Positions 19,425-30,275 of a stretch of 64,000 bases of DNA are shown one piece after another. This DNA comes from Bacteroidales bacterium (lineage in GTDB: Bacteria; Bacteroidota; Bacteroidia; Bacteroidales; UBA1556). Position numbers and translations under genes: made by a program. The stretch spans positions 7,529 through 71,528 of the forward strand of contig JAGLCR010000019.1 of assembly GCA_023146135.1 (NCBI GenBank), read 5' to 3'. Positions within the stretch are counted from its first letter, which is position 1. Each line of letters begins with the position of its first letter. The notes below the pieces were generated by a model. That model was not told where the DNA came from. It saw nothing but the letters and a program-made list of their open reading frames with translations, and made no database searches.

Positions 19425-20777
19425 CTAAGAGTTATTAGTTATTATCAGTTTTTTATAAATCCAATTAAACCGACCATAGAATAAAACCGAAGCGGTGGCT
19501 AAGCCTGCTATAATACCAACCCAAAGCCCAATAACGCCCCAGTTGAGTGTAAATGCAAAAACATAGCCCAATGGTAAGCTGATTAAAATATATGAAATAA
19601 AGGAATAAATCATCGCATGTTTTACATCAGCCAATCCACGTAATACACCCAGAGTAACCACTTGCATGCCATCAAAAAGTTGGAATATGGCTGCCATGAT
19701 AAGTAATTGAGCTGAATAACGTATCACTTCCTCGTCGTGGGAATATAGTAAAGGTAAATCGTGGCGAAAAAGAATAAATGATAAAGCGGTAAAACTCATA
19801 AACAAAAGCACCAAATGAAAAGAGGCATTTGCCGCACGCTTAAGCCCTAAATAGTCGCCTTGACTATACTGATGTGAAATACGAATAGTAGTACCTGAGC
19901 TAATACCTGTAACAATCATAAATGTAACACTCGATAGCCCTATCGCGATTTGATGTGCTGCCAGTGGAATTACGCCAATCCATCCTGCCATAATAGCGGT
20001 AAGTGCAAAGGCTGTTACCTCCAGTAGCATTTGCATGGATATGGGTGTTCCTACCTTAATCAACTTCAATACACTAGCTTTTTCGATACTACTATGCCAT
20101 GCATAGACCCAATATCGCCAAAAGACCTTTCGGTACCGAAACACAAAGAAAAAGGCTATGGGCATAATTATTCTCGAAATCAAAGTTGCATAACCAGCAC
20201 CATTTAGCCCATAAGCTTCTGAACCCCATTTTCCAAAAATAAGCACGTAATTGAGTACAATATTAATCACATTGGCTACTAGTGTAATTATCATCGCATT
20301 CATAGTATTACCCATACCTTCGGCAAACTGTTTGAAAGTGAAAAACCATAAAAAAGGTAGAAAGGAAATTACTAAGAGTAGGTAATAAGGTATAGCCAAA
20401 GCTACCACTTCTTTGTCTTGGCCCATTTGGTCGAAAAAGAAAGATGCAATGATCATTATTACCGACAAAACCAAGGCTAATAAGGTGTTGGTGAAAAAAG
20501 AATTACGCAGCAGCTTTCCCGACTTATGATAATCTTTTGACGACCAAGCATGACCTACCAAGGGGGTTAAACCAAAACTAAAGCCCATGCCTATAACCAT
20601 CACGATAACAAATACAGAATTAGCAAAAGCCGCAGCAGCCAGTTCAACGGTCCCAACCATTCCCACCATCATATTATCCACCTGCGAAACCATCACCTGC
20701 CCAAATTGCGAAAGCATAACGGGCACAGCAACTTTCAAATTGCGTTTATAATAGGGTAAATAGGTGGAAAATGACAT
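19425..20777 (-). CDS. MATE-family efflux transporter (NorM-like)
   Basis: About 12 TM; VDNMMVG..LAAAAFA, NIVLNYVLIFG..GAGYAT, LAAHQIA, FQLFDG.Q. Confidence 0.92.
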   Translation of the reverse strand: MSFSTYLPYYKRNLKVAVPVMLSQFGQVMVSQVDNMMVGMVGTVELAAAAFANSVFVIVMVIGMGFSFGLTPLVGHAWSSKDYHKSGKLLRNSFFTNTLLALVLSVIMIIASFFFDQMGQDKEVVALAIPYYLLLVISFLPFLWFFTFKQFAEGMGNTMNAMIITLVANVINIVLNYVLIFGKWGSEAYGLNGAGYATLISRIIMPIAFFFVFRYRKVFWRYWVYAWHSSIEKASVLKLIKVGTPISMQMLLEVTAFALTAIMAGWIGVIPLAAHQIAIGLSSVTFMIVTGISSGTTIRISHQYSQGDYLGLKRAANASFHLVLLFMSFTALSFILFRHDLPLLYSHDEEVIRYSAQLLIMAAIFQLFDGMQVVTLGVLRGLADVKHAMIYSFISYILISLPLGYVFAFTLNWGVIGLWVGIIAGLATASVLFYGRFNWIYKKLIITNNS

Positions 20778-20789
20778 TGCTTATTCTAT

Positions 20790-22016
20790 CTATTTATTTG
20801 CTGCTAGGCGAACTATTTCCTTAATCACATCTTTGGCTTTAGTAAGCGAGGGAATAGGTAAAAACTCATATCGGCCATGAAAATTATGTCCTCCAGCAAA
20901 AATATTTGGACAAGGCAGTCCCATATATGATAATCTAGATCCATCAGTACCTCCTCGTATAGCTTTCACATTTGGAACAACTCCCACATTCTTCATTGCT
21001 TGTTCAGCAAGGTCCACTATATGCATCACTGGCTCTATTTTTTCACGCATATTATAGTATTGATCATTCATTTGAAGCTCCACCGCTCCTTCACCATACT
21101 TCGCATTAAAATCAGCCACGAGATCAAGCATAGCTTGTTTACGTTTGTTGAATAAATTCATATCATGATCGCGAACGATATAATTTAAGATGGTTTGTTC
21201 TACACTACCTTCCATTCCCATCATATGAAAAAAACCTTCATAACCATCAGTTGTTTCAGGGGTTTCATCCTCAGGCATGGCCATAATAAATTCGGCAGCA
21301 CGACTTTGTGAATTTATCATTTTATCTTTAGCATAACCCGGATGCACAATTTTTCCTTTAAAAATTACTTTGGCTCCTGCAGCATTAAAGTTCTCATACT
21401 CCAATTCTCCAATCTCTCCACCATCCATAGTATAAGCCCAATCGGCAGCAAACTTTTTTACATCAAACAAATCGGCACCACGACCTACCTCCTCATCGGG
21501 AGTAAAGCCTATTCGAATAGGACCATGTTTGATTGTATCATCATTTATCAACTCCTCCATGGCAGTAATAATTTCTGCTACACCTGCTTTGTCATCAGCA
21601 CCCAAAAGAGTAGTGCCATCTGTAGTTATCAGGTCTTGACCTATATACAATAATAATTCAGGGAAATATTCTGGTGACAAAACTATATTATCCTTTTCAA
21701 AAAGCATCAAATCTTGACCTTGGTAATTCTCTACAATCTGAGGCTTTGGATTGGTGGCTACAAAATCAGGACTTGTATCCATATGGGCAATAAATCCAAT
21801 TGTAGGAACCTTTTTATCAGTATTTGCAGGTAATGTGGCCATAACATATGCATGTTCATCAATACTCACATCATGCATCCCAATATATTCTAGCTCTTTC
21901 ACTATGTAATTGGCCAATTCAAATTGTTTATCGGTACTCGGAATTTTATCCACCTCCACTTCCGATTGTGTATCGAAACTAACATATTTAAGAAATCGTT
22001 CTGTTATTCTATCCAT
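20790..22016 (-). CDS. pepT: Peptidase T (tripeptide aminopeptidase)
   Basis: [41 protein letters not shown]; start set to MDRITERF. Confidence 0.96.
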   Translation of the reverse strand: MDRITERFLKYVSFDTQSEVEVDKIPSTDKQFELANYIVKELEYIGMHDVSIDEHAYVMATLPANTDKKVPTIGFIAHMDTSPDFVATNPKPQIVENYQGQDLMLFEKDNIVLSPEYFPELLLYIGQDLITTDGTTLLGADDKAGVAEIITAMEELINDDTIKHGPIRIGFTPDEEVGRGADLFDVKKFAADWAYTMDGGEIGELEYENFNAAGAKVIFKGKIVHPGYAKDKMINSQSRAAEFIMAMPEDETPETTDGYEGFFHMMGMEGSVEQTILNYIVRDHDMNLFNKRKQAMLDLVADFNAKYGEGAVELQMNDQYYNMREKIEPVMHIVDLAEQAMKNVGVVPNVKAIRGGTDGSRLSYMGLPCPNIFAGGHNFHGRYEFLPIPSLTKAKDVIKEIVRLAANK

Positions 22017-22039
22017 GATAATTACTATTTTTAGAGCTG

Positions 22040-22047
22040 CAAAAGTA
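22040..22047 (-). promoter_or_regulatory. -7 box (TACTTTTG) for pepT
   Basis: TAnnTTTG on the - strand 23 bp before the ATG. Confidence 0.55.
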
Positions 22048-22069
22048 CAATAAACACAAATAAATAACG

Positions 22070-22077
22070 TATTTTTG
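22070..22077 (+). promoter_or_regulatory. -7 box (TATTTTTG) for the YiiX/DUF4878 unit
   Basis: TAnnTTTG, back-to-back with the pepT promoter. Confidence 0.45.
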
Positions 22078-22125
22078 AGGATAATTAACATTAGAGGTCT
22101 AATAATCCATTCGTAATATCAAAAT

Positions 22126-22803
22126 ATGGGCAATCTCAAAAAATATAGATCGTTACTGTGCAAAGTTACTTCTGTTACACTATTATGGATTCTTAGTATT
22201 TCTTTTACCGCTTGCAATTCTCAAATCACATCACAACAAAGCCTTCAGTCCAAAACAACCCAAAATATTGATAGTATTCTTGATAGTTTTCAACTAAAAA
22301 GTGGCGATATAGTTTTCAGAAAAGGTAGAAGCATCGAAAGTCAAGCAATTCTAATGGCCGATGTAGAAGGCAATTATTCACATGTTGGCATAGTGTATAT
22401 GCAAAATAATAGTGCTTATATTATTCATATCACTCCCGATTCATTAGAACAAACTATTGATTATGCCAAATTGGAAAGTCTTGAAGAATTTTTTAATCCT
22501 GAACTTGCATGTATTGGATGCGTATTAAGAGTTGATCAAAAGTATAGCAATCAGGCATATATGGCAGCTGATAGTGCTTATATCTTTTTTAAGAACAAAG
22601 TGCGTTTCGACAATAAGTACGACTTAGCCACTTCTAATAAAATGTATTGCACTGAACTTGTCTTAAAAGCATTCGAAGTAAATGAGTTAAACCTAATTAA
22701 CATCAATCAAAATGCAAGATCTATTCCATTTTTTGAAAATAAAATTATATTTCCAAGTGCTATTTTTAAATGTCCATATTTGGAAAATATTTATTACTTT
22801 TAG
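22126..22803 (+). CDS. YiiX/YebB-like permuted papain-like (NlpC/P60) lipoprotein
   Basis: LKSGDIVFR, YSHVGIV (His), MYCTELV (Cys, permuted order); lipobox-like FTAC. Confidence 0.85.
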   Translation: MGNLKKYRSLLCKVTSVTLLWILSISFTACNSQITSQQSLQSKTTQNIDSILDSFQLKSGDIVFRKGRSIESQAILMADVEGNYSHVGIVYMQNNSAYIIHITPDSLEQTIDYAKLESLEEFFNPELACIGCVLRVDQKYSNQAYMAADSAYIFFKNKVRFDNKYDLATSNKMYCTELVLKAFEVNELNLININQNARSIPFFENKIIFPSAIFKCPYLENIYYF

Positions 22804-22839
22804 AAAAATTTAATCTCTAATTAATTAATCCAAATAACT

Positions 22840-23235
22840 ATGAAAAAAATAACAGCAATTTTAGGCTTTGCACTAATCAGCCTAATGATCTTCACTACAT
22901 CCTGCAGCTCACCATCTTCTCCAGGTGACACTTTGAAAGAGTTTTCTTATGCTATGGAAAAAGGTGATGTGGACAAGGTAATCTCTTTTCTTGCTGCTGA
23001 CGAAAAGGATTTAACAAAAGAAGACAAGGAAAAGCTTACTGCTCTTGTTCAAGGGGCGAAAGTCGAAATTGAAAATAAAGGTGGAATTATAACCATTGAA
23101 ATTCTTGAAGAAAAAATTGATGAAGACGGAATTAAAGCAAATGTAAAGAGCAAAACTACCTATGGTAACGACAAAACTGATGAGGGGAATTCTCAATTAA
23201 TCTTTATTGATGGTAGCTGGAAAGTGAAATTCTAA
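22840..23235 (+). CDS. DUF4878-like (NTF2-like) lipoprotein
   Basis: Lipobox FTTSC; SPGDT..F; KGGI..IEI..E.I.EDG..A.V; C-terminal L..IDGSWKV. Confidence 0.78.
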   Translation: MKKITAILGFALISLMIFTTSCSSPSSPGDTLKEFSYAMEKGDVDKVISFLAADEKDLTKEDKEKLTALVQGAKVEIENKGGIITIEILEEKIDEDGIKANVKSKTTYGNDKTDEGNSQLIFIDGSWKVKF

Positions 23236-23263
23236 GTATTGGTGAATAAAAGCCATTCTTATG

Positions 23264-23304
23264 ATCCCAATACAAATGAATTTGATTTGTATTGGGATTT
23301 TTTT
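23264..23304 (+). terminator. Intrinsic terminator
   Basis: Perfect 14-bp stem ATCCCAATACAAAT/ATTTGTATTGGGAT with a 7-nt loop, then a T-run. Confidence 0.85.
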
Positions 23305-23396
23305 ATTTCCTAATATATGGCATATTATTCAATCATCGGTGGAGCATTAAATATGCTTAGATTTGCCTTATTAAAATTCATTCTAAATAATAAGTC

Positions 23397-24344
23397 ATGA
23401 ATTTAAGCACGCGAAATATATTAGTACTATTTTTTTTGATATATATACCATTGAATATGAAAGCTCAAGCTAGTTCAGGATACAATAAACTTACCGAAGA
23501 GGAATCTTTTGTAATTCTTCAAAAAGGAACTGAACAACCCTTTACAGGCAAATATTACACAAATACCGAAGATGGAACCTATTCATGTAAGCAATGCGAT
23601 GCCGCGCTTTATAAATCCAGTGATAAATTTGATGCACATTGTGGCTGGCCTAGTTTTGATGACGAAATTGAAGGAGCCATAAAAAAGAAAACCGATGCCG
23701 ATAATCGACGAACGGAAATTCTATGTTCCAACTGTGGAGCCCATTTAGGGCATGTTTTTGTGGGCGAACAGTTTACCGACAAGAATACCCGACATTGTGT
23801 AAATTCCATAAGCCTTAATTTTCAAGCTTTAGTGCTTCCAACAACTAGCACGGAAGAAAAGAAAACTGATACTGCTATTTATGCTGGAGGCTGTTTTTGG
23901 GGAATGGAATACTATTTTAACAATAAAAAAGGAGTACTTTCAACCCGTGTGGGATATATTGGTGGCTATAAAGACAATCCTAGTTATGAGGAAGTTTGCA
24001 TGCATACTACTGGCCATATTGAAGCAATTGAAGTAGTATTTGACCCTACTATAATTAGTTACGAAAAGCTTACTAAATTATTTTTCGAAATTCATGACCC
24101 AACGCAAGTTAACCGCCAAGGACCTGATGTTGGCGAGCAGTATAAGTCTGCTATTTTTTATAAGAATGATGAACAAAAAGAAACATCTGAAAAACTAATT
24201 AAAATACTTAAGGATAAAGGATTAAATGTAGTGACAGACTTAATTCTAGCAAGCAAATTTTGGCCCGCTGAAGACTACCATCAAAACTACTACGATCGTA
24301 ATGGTAATCGTCCGTATTGCCATTTTTACCAAAAGAAATTTTAA
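23397..24344 (+). CDS. msrAB: Exported bifunctional methionine sulfoxide reductase, MsrB-MsrA fusion
   Basis: Signal peptide; MsrB motifs CGWPSF, HLGHVF, RHCVNS; MsrA motifs GGCFWG, RQGPDVGEQY, AEDYHQ. Confidence 0.93.
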   Translation: MNLSTRNILVLFFLIYIPLNMKAQASSGYNKLTEEESFVILQKGTEQPFTGKYYTNTEDGTYSCKQCDAALYKSSDKFDAHCGWPSFDDEIEGAIKKKTDADNRRTEILCSNCGAHLGHVFVGEQFTDKNTRHCVNSISLNFQALVLPTTSTEEKKTDTAIYAGGCFWGMEYYFNNKKGVLSTRVGYIGGYKDNPSYEEVCMHTTGHIEAIEVVFDPTIISYEKLTKLFFEIHDPTQVNRQGPDVGEQYKSAIFYKNDEQKETSEKLIKILKDKGLNVVTDLILASKFWPAEDYHQNYYDRNGNRPYCHFYQKKF

Positions 24345-24380
24345 TTCTATAAGTCTCGACCGCATTTTCATCATCACAAT

Positions 24381-26492
24381 ATGAATATATCAACCCTATT
24401 GATAGCAATAGCAATTATTAGCCTGAGCAGTTGTGCAAACGGACAGATTATTAATAAAAATAGCATGGAACATAAATATACCAACGAACTAATACACGAG
24501 AGCAGCCCTTATCTATTACAACATGCTCATAATCCAGTTAATTGGCATGCATGGAGTAAGGAAACTCTCGATCAAGCAAAAAAAGAGAATAAACCCATAT
24601 TAGTCAGTATAGGTTATTCCTCATGTCATTGGTGTCATGTTATGGAGCATCAATCCTTTGAAGATTCCACCATTGCAGCCATAATGAATGCACATTTTAT
24701 ATGCATAAAAGTTGACCGAGAAGAGCATCCTGATGTGGATCAAATATATATGAACGCGGTACAATTGATGACAGGTAGTGGCGGATGGCCATTAAACTGT
24801 TTTGCATTGCCTGATGGCCGCCCGTTTTTTGGAGGAACTTATTTTCCAAAAGACCGATGGGAAGCAGTATTGCGACAAGTTGCAAACTTATACGAATATC
24901 AATACCCGAAGGTTTTAAGTTATGCTGAAAATATAGAAAATGGTATCAAGGAAAGCGAGCAAGTGGTAAAAACAACGGATGATTCCGACTTTAATGATGC
25001 CAATTTGGATCAAATTCTAAGCAATTGGGTTAACCATTTGGATGATGAAGAAGGAGGCCCTGATCGTATGCCAAAATTCCCTTTGCCCAACAACTACAAA
25101 TTCCTGATGTACTATGCCCATCGCGAACAAGACCAAATTATTGACAACCACATTAAACTAACCTTAGATAAAATGGCTAATGGTGGAATTTATGATCAAC
25201 TTGGGGGTGGTTTTGCACGATATTCGACTGATCGAGAATGGAAAGTTCCCCATTTTGAGAAAATGCTTTACGATAATGCACAGTTAGTGAGCCTATACAG
25301 CGAAGCATATAAAAACTATCGTAAGCCTGAATATAAACAAATAGTTATTGAAACACTGGAGTTTATAAAAAGGGAGATGACCAATAATAAGGGGCTATTT
25401 TACTCGGCATTAGATGCCGACTCAGATGGTGAGGAAGGCAAATTCTATGTTTGGAAAAAAGAAAAAATCAAAAACATACTTGGTATTGGGGCTCCCCTAT
25501 TCGAAGATTATTATCAGATGAATAAAACTGGATATTGGGAGCATGACAACTATATTCTTATGCGAAATCCTAATATAGAACAAGTCGCAAAAAATCATGG
25601 TTTGAATATCAAAGAAGTAGAATCTAACATAAGTAAATACAAAGAATTGCTTATGACAGAACGCGACAAACGCATTAGGCCAGGATTAGATGATAAAAGT
25701 TTGATTAGTTGGAACGCTATGATGATTACCGCCTATTGTGATGCGTTCGCTGCCTTAGGCGATGAGGATTATAAGCAAGCGGCCATTACTGCGATGGATT
25801 TTATTTTGCAACATATGACTAAAGATGACGAAAGTCTTTATCATACTTATAAAGAAGGAGATGCGAAAATTAATGCCTATTTGGACGACTACGCCTTTAT
25901 GTTAGATGCTTTGACCCATTTGTACGAAATAGGCTCAGGAGACAAGTATTTATATAGAGCTGTGGAATTAACCGATTTTAGTATTGATAAATTTTATGAT
26001 AAAGAAAGTGGGATGTTTTTCTTCACCTCTTCCGATGATGAAGTATTGGTAACTCGCAAAACCGAAATATTTGACAATGTAATACCCGCCTCCAATTCAA
26101 CAATGGCAAGGAACCTTTTTAAACTATCACATTATTTTAACAAAGAAGAATATCTATCCATAAGCAAGCAAATGTTACATAATACTAAAGATAAATTCAA
26201 GCAATATGGCTCTAGCATGAGCAACTGGGGGATATTAATGATGGATTTTATTGGGCCAAACTACGAAGTCGTTATATCGGGTAACAAGGCTGAAACTTTT
26301 CTACACAAAATGCAAACTAAATACTTACCCAATGTTATTTGGGCCTCTAGCAAGGCTAAAAATAGAAAAATCACCTTGCTCGAAAATCGCTATGCGGAAA
26401 ATAAAACTCATATTTATGTTTGCATAAACCAAGCATGTCAATTGCCTGTTGAAAGCCCTGATGAAGCCTTAAAAATTATTATTAAAAATTAG
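24381..26492 (+). CDS. YyaL/SPATA20-family thioredoxin-domain plus six-hairpin glycosidase-like protein
   Basis: [45 protein letters not shown]; N-terminal lipobox LSSC. Confidence 0.92.
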   Translation: MNISTLLIAIAIISLSSCANGQIINKNSMEHKYTNELIHESSPYLLQHAHNPVNWHAWSKETLDQAKKENKPILVSIGYSSCHWCHVMEHQSFEDSTIAAIMNAHFICIKVDREEHPDVDQIYMNAVQLMTGSGGWPLNCFALPDGRPFFGGTYFPKDRWEAVLRQVANLYEYQYPKVLSYAENIENGIKESEQVVKTTDDSDFNDANLDQILSNWVNHLDDEEGGPDRMPKFPLPNNYKFLMYYAHREQDQIIDNHIKLTLDKMANGGIYDQLGGGFARYSTDREWKVPHFEKMLYDNAQLVSLYSEAYKNYRKPEYKQIVIETLEFIKREMTNNKGLFYSALDADSDGEEGKFYVWKKEKIKNILGIGAPLFEDYYQMNKTGYWEHDNYILMRNPNIEQVAKNHGLNIKEVESNISKYKELLMTERDKRIRPGLDDKSLISWNAMMITAYCDAFAALGDEDYKQAAITAMDFILQHMTKDDESLYHTYKEGDAKINAYLDDYAFMLDALTHLYEIGSGDKYLYRAVELTDFSIDKFYDKESGMFFFTSSDDEVLVTRKTEIFDNVIPASNSTMARNLFKLSHYFNKEEYLSISKQMLHNTKDKFKQYGSSMSNWGILMMDFIGPNYEVVISGNKAETFLHKMQTKYLPNVIWASSKAKNRKITLLENRYAENKTHIYVCINQACQLPVESPDEALKIIIKN

Positions 26493-26525
26493 CAATACTC
26501 TTAATTATTAAGAAGTTTTATTTGG

Positions 26526-26533
26526 TATTTTTG
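26526..26533 (+). promoter_or_regulatory. -7 box (TATTTTTG) for the DUF5063 gene
   Basis: TAnnTTTG 22 bp before the ATG. Confidence 0.5.
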
Positions 26534-26555
26534 CACTGCAAAAATGTAAATTATT

Positions 26556-27086
26556 ATGGAAGATAATATCAATAAAATAAAAAGCTCTGTTGTTCTTGAA
26601 ATGATTCGAATAGCACATGAATTCAATGTTTTCAGTGAAGATATTGCAAAAAAAGAAACCAAGGACATCATAAGTTTCTATCAAAAGGTACTACCTTTAA
26701 TGTATATTAAAGCTTCGCTACTACCTGATATTGAGGTTAGCGACGAGTCGGCCAATGAACGATATGTTGCCGAAGAGCATTGGGAGAAAATATATATGCA
26801 CCTTAAAGAAAAGTTTGCCAAGGCTGATGAATATTGGGAATTGGATGAAAATAATGACTCCATAAAAGTAAGCTTGTCCGAAAAACTAGCCGATGTTTAT
26901 CAAGACACCAAAGACTTTGTCGTATTATTTCAAAAAAACCAAATGGCAGCAAAAGAAAATGCTGTATTTGAAATGAAGCGACTTTTCAAGGTTCACTGGG
27001 GGCCTCGAAGTATCAGTGCGCTAAATCATCTTCATATTGTTAGCTATCAAAATGAAATTGAAAAAGAAAATGAAATGATATTTTAA
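26556..27086 (+). CDS. DUF5063-family protein
   Basis: LPLMYIKASLLP, SLSEKLADVYQDTKDFV, HWG...L..LH pattern. Confidence 0.8.
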   Translation: MEDNINKIKSSVVLEMIRIAHEFNVFSEDIAKKETKDIISFYQKVLPLMYIKASLLPDIEVSDESANERYVAEEHWEKIYMHLKEKFAKADEYWELDENNDSIKVSLSEKLADVYQDTKDFVVLFQKNQMAAKENAVFEMKRLFKVHWGPRSISALNHLHIVSYQNEIEKENEMIF

Positions 27087-27175
27087 TTGTCTCGTGCTAA
27101 ACCTTTTCAACTTTATTACATCATAGCTAAGATCAAACGCGTAAATTGAGAAGAAAAAAATCAAAAGAATAAAAC

Positions 27176-28621
27176 ATGAATATACTCAGAAATCTAATAA
27201 TAGCATTCGGCATTATACTATTTAGCATCAATTCGTTTGCACAACAGAGTAACAATTACAATATCAAAGTAAAAGTTGATAATTGTGAAGATAAACAGTT
27301 AATATTAGTAACCTATTATCGGTCAAGCAATAAAATCGTTGACACCGCTTTTGTTAATTCGAAAGGCGAATATGTTTTTTCTGGTGATGAAGCTTTGATT
27401 GGTGGAATGTACTTGATTCTTTTTGAGGATAAACGATATTTTGAAATTATCATTGATAAAGACCAGGATTTTAGTCTACAAACTAATACCGATGATTTTG
27501 TTGCAAATATGAAAGTAAAAGGCTCAAAAGACAATACGGACTTTTATAATTTGATGATTCATATGAATTCATTGCATGAAAAAAGAATGCCTCTGGATAA
27601 GGAGATAAAAGATAGTACCACTACCGAAGCTCGAAAGAAAGAATTAAAAAAAGAGCTTATGGATTTAGGAAAGGAAGCCGATAATTATCGTGTCAAATAT
27701 ATGGATGAAAACCCTGAGGCTTTGTTTACCATTATTTTAAAAGCATCGAAAGAACCTGAAATCCCAAAAGTACTACCAAAAAAAGAGGATGGTACTAACG
27801 ACTCCACATACATTTATAAATATTATCGTGCTCATTTTTTCGATAATTTTGATTTTGCCGACGAAAGGCTTCTTCATACACGCTTTTATGCTCAAAAAAT
27901 AAAAAAGTACTGGACTCAGGTTATCCCTCAAAACCCTGACACACTAACTACCGAAGCCATTAGAATTATTGAATTATCAAAAACCAATAAAGAAACATAC
28001 ATGTATAATATTTGGTATTTCACCTATGCATCTGAAACATCAAATATCATGGGAATGGATGCTGTTTTTGTAGCTCTTGGTAAAAAGTATTATCTCAGTG
28101 GCGAAGCATTTTGGGTAAATAAAACCGTTCTTAAAAACATGACAGATCGAATTAATACACTCGATCAATTATTGATTGGGAGAACTGCACCTAATCTAAT
28201 AATGCAAGACACTGCTTTTATACTCAGGTCATTGCATGATATTGAAGCAAATTATACTATCGTTATGTTTTGGGACCCTGATTGTGGTCATTGCAAACAC
28301 GAAATCCCAAGAGTAAAAAAATGGGTTGATGACAATGGCGATAAGTATGGAGTAAAGGTTTTCTCTATTTGCTCAGATACTAATGTAGTGAAATGGAAAA
28401 AATCAATTAAAACGTTCAAGATTGAAAGTTGGATTAATGTGGATGGGCCTCGTTCGCTCACTCCAAATTATCATGATTTATACGATATCATTAGCACTCC
28501 TGTAATCTACCTACTCGACGATAAAAAAAGAATTCTTGCAAAGCGCCTTTCAGATGCTCAAGTACATAGTTTTATTGAGCGCGATTTTAAGCAAAAGGCA
28601 AAAGAAAAAGAAAAAGAGTAA
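27176..28621 (+). CDS. Exported TlpA-like redoxin (DUF4369/DUF5106 plus thioredoxin-like domain)
   Basis: Signal peptide; YYRAHFFDNFDFADERLL; C-terminal IGRTAPN..FWDPDCGHC..STPVIYLLD. Confidence 0.85.
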   Translation: MNILRNLIIAFGIILFSINSFAQQSNNYNIKVKVDNCEDKQLILVTYYRSSNKIVDTAFVNSKGEYVFSGDEALIGGMYLILFEDKRYFEIIIDKDQDFSLQTNTDDFVANMKVKGSKDNTDFYNLMIHMNSLHEKRMPLDKEIKDSTTTEARKKELKKELMDLGKEADNYRVKYMDENPEALFTIILKASKEPEIPKVLPKKEDGTNDSTYIYKYYRAHFFDNFDFADERLLHTRFYAQKIKKYWTQVIPQNPDTLTTEAIRIIELSKTNKETYMYNIWYFTYASETSNIMGMDAVFVALGKKYYLSGEAFWVNKTVLKNMTDRINTLDQLLIGRTAPNLIMQDTAFILRSLHDIEANYTIVMFWDPDCGHCKHEIPRVKKWVDDNGDKYGVKVFSICSDTNVVKWKKSIKTFKIESWINVDGPRSLTPNYHDLYDIISTPVIYLLDDKKRILAKRLSDAQVHSFIERDFKQKAKEKEKE

Positions 28622-28655
28622 TATCCTCAGTATTTAATTTAGCAAATTTGGCATT

Positions 28656-29054
28656 GTGAAAAAGAATCTAATAAACTTAGGAATTCTGGCTGTTGGTGTT
28701 ATCGTTGGAATGTTTACCAACATGGCACTCATAATAATAGGTGGACAGTTAATTCCATTTGTAGAGGGTGTTGACACCATGAATGCAGAATTATGGGATT
28801 TGCCTTATTTTATTTTCCCTTTCTTAGCACATGCTTTGGGAACATTTGCCGGAGCTTTTTTTACCGCAAAATTCTCACTAAGCCACCATTTTATTCTAGC
28901 TCTTATTGTGGGTGTTTTCTTTTTAGCAGGAGGTATTTCTATGGTTTTTATTATTCCAGCTCCACTATGGTTTATTATTACTGACCTTGGGCTAGCCTAT
29001 ATCCCGATGAGTGTGCTTGGAGCAAAACTAGCTGGCAATAAAACCTTTAGTTAA
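28656..29054 (+). CDS. Hypothetical 4-TM membrane protein
   Basis: Four hydrophobic helices; FPFLAHALGT and PAPLWFIITDLGLAYIPM motifs; GTG start. Confidence 0.7.
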   Translation: MKKNLINLGILAVGVIVGMFTNMALIIIGGQLIPFVEGVDTMNAELWDLPYFIFPFLAHALGTFAGAFFTAKFSLSHHFILALIVGVFFLAGGISMVFIIPAPLWFIITDLGLAYIPMSVLGAKLAGNKTFS

Positions 29055-30085
29055 AACAGCTTATCCATATTTTCATTCAGAGCGTTCATAATCAAGTCCG
29101 CATTAATCTTAGGATTTGCTGATGTGGTTGGCACAATAATTTTATTCACTTCTTTGCGACTCTCAATTCCATAGCTATAGGTTTTGTCATAATAATCGAG
29201 AGTAATATTTGCCACTTTGGCAAAATCGCCAGACTGCAATGCCTCTAAAGAATCTTTAAGGTTTTGTCCACCAATTCGCTTACCAATTCGTTGCGTTGCT
29301 TCCTCCAATAATTGAATATCCAAAGAAGCATAATCATCCACAAGCCTTGGCACACGAAGATTACGAGACATCTCCACCACAACCAAAGGAGTTATTCTCA
29401 TACGCTCATAAAAATCATCCATTATACGTACTCTACCCATGGGTTTACTTTCATCTTCCAACCAAATTATTCGATTTGCATCCATTTTCAGCCAATCTAC
29501 AGCAAGGTTGTTTTCAAACTGCTCATTGGTAGGCTGTACTCCTTGTCCTATCTGACCAAAACTGGAACCTCGATGATGCGCTACTCCTTCAAGATCGAGA
29601 AATTGTTCACCCATTTTTTCCAACTCCTTTAAAATATCCGTTTTACCACTTCCTGTTAAACCACCTAGAATTAGCATTTTACGATCCAATTCAAAAGAGC
29701 TACGAATATATCTACGATAAGCCTTATAACCACCTGACATAGTTTCAGCATCCAAGCCTATGGTTTTGAATAACCAAGCCATACTTGATGAGCGCATTCC
29801 ACCACGCCAACAATGCAATAATATTTTCCCCTCAACGGCTAACTTACGAGCACGTTTGGCAAATATTGACATTTTTGGACCTACAAACTCTAAACCTTTA
29901 ATGGTTGCCGTTTGTTTGCCATGGTTTTTGTATAGCGTTCCCACAACCACACGTTCCTCATTACTAAACAAAGGTATATTATAAGCTCCCGGTATATGAC
30001 CTTGCTCAAACTCGGCTGGAGTACGCACATCCACTATAGGATACTTTTCTCCTAATGCTAAAAACTCTTCTACTTCGTAAGCCAT
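29051..30085 (-). CDS. mnmH: tRNA 2-selenouridine(34) synthase
   Basis: Rhodanese DVRTPAEF..GHIPGA and active loop CWRGGMRS; P-loop GLTGSGKT; DLEGVAHHRGSSFG; YYDKTY. Confidence 0.93.
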   Translation of the reverse strand: MAYEVEEFLALGEKYPIVDVRTPAEFEQGHIPGAYNIPLFSNEERVVVGTLYKNHGKQTATIKGLEFVGPKMSIFAKRARKLAVEGKILLHCWRGGMRSSSMAWLFKTIGLDAETMSGGYKAYRRYIRSSFELDRKMLILGGLTGSGKTDILKELEKMGEQFLDLEGVAHHRGSSFGQIGQGVQPTNEQFENNLAVDWLKMDANRIIWLEDESKPMGRVRIMDDFYERMRITPLVVVEMSRNLRVPRLVDDYASLDIQLLEEATQRIGKRIGGQNLKDSLEALQSGDFAKVANITLDYYDKTYSYGIESRKEVNKIIVPTTSANPKINADLIMNALNENMDKLF

Positions 30086-30232
30086 TTTCCCATGTTTTGA
30101 ATTATTTGGCGAAAGTAGGGTTTTCTTCTTGAAATTGTGCCATTGTGAAAAAATGGGGATAGAGAATGACAGCCTACCAGCTCATCATATTTATTTACTT
30201 GAGATTCGCATTGAAATTGCCTATGCTTTTAT

Positions 30233-30240
30233 TACCTTTG
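30233..30240 (+). promoter_or_regulatory. -7 box (TACCTTTG) with TTG -33 element at 30211-30213
   Basis: Consensus match with 19-bp spacing upstream of the DUF5103 gene. Confidence 0.6.
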
Positions 30241-30275
30241 CACAATAAATTGATTGAAAACACATTTGTTACAAT

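Noticed and set aside
23397-28621. Selenocysteine (in-frame TGA) in Msr or redoxin genes, given mnmH nearby
   Set aside because: All redox motifs are encoded with Cys in uninterrupted ORFs
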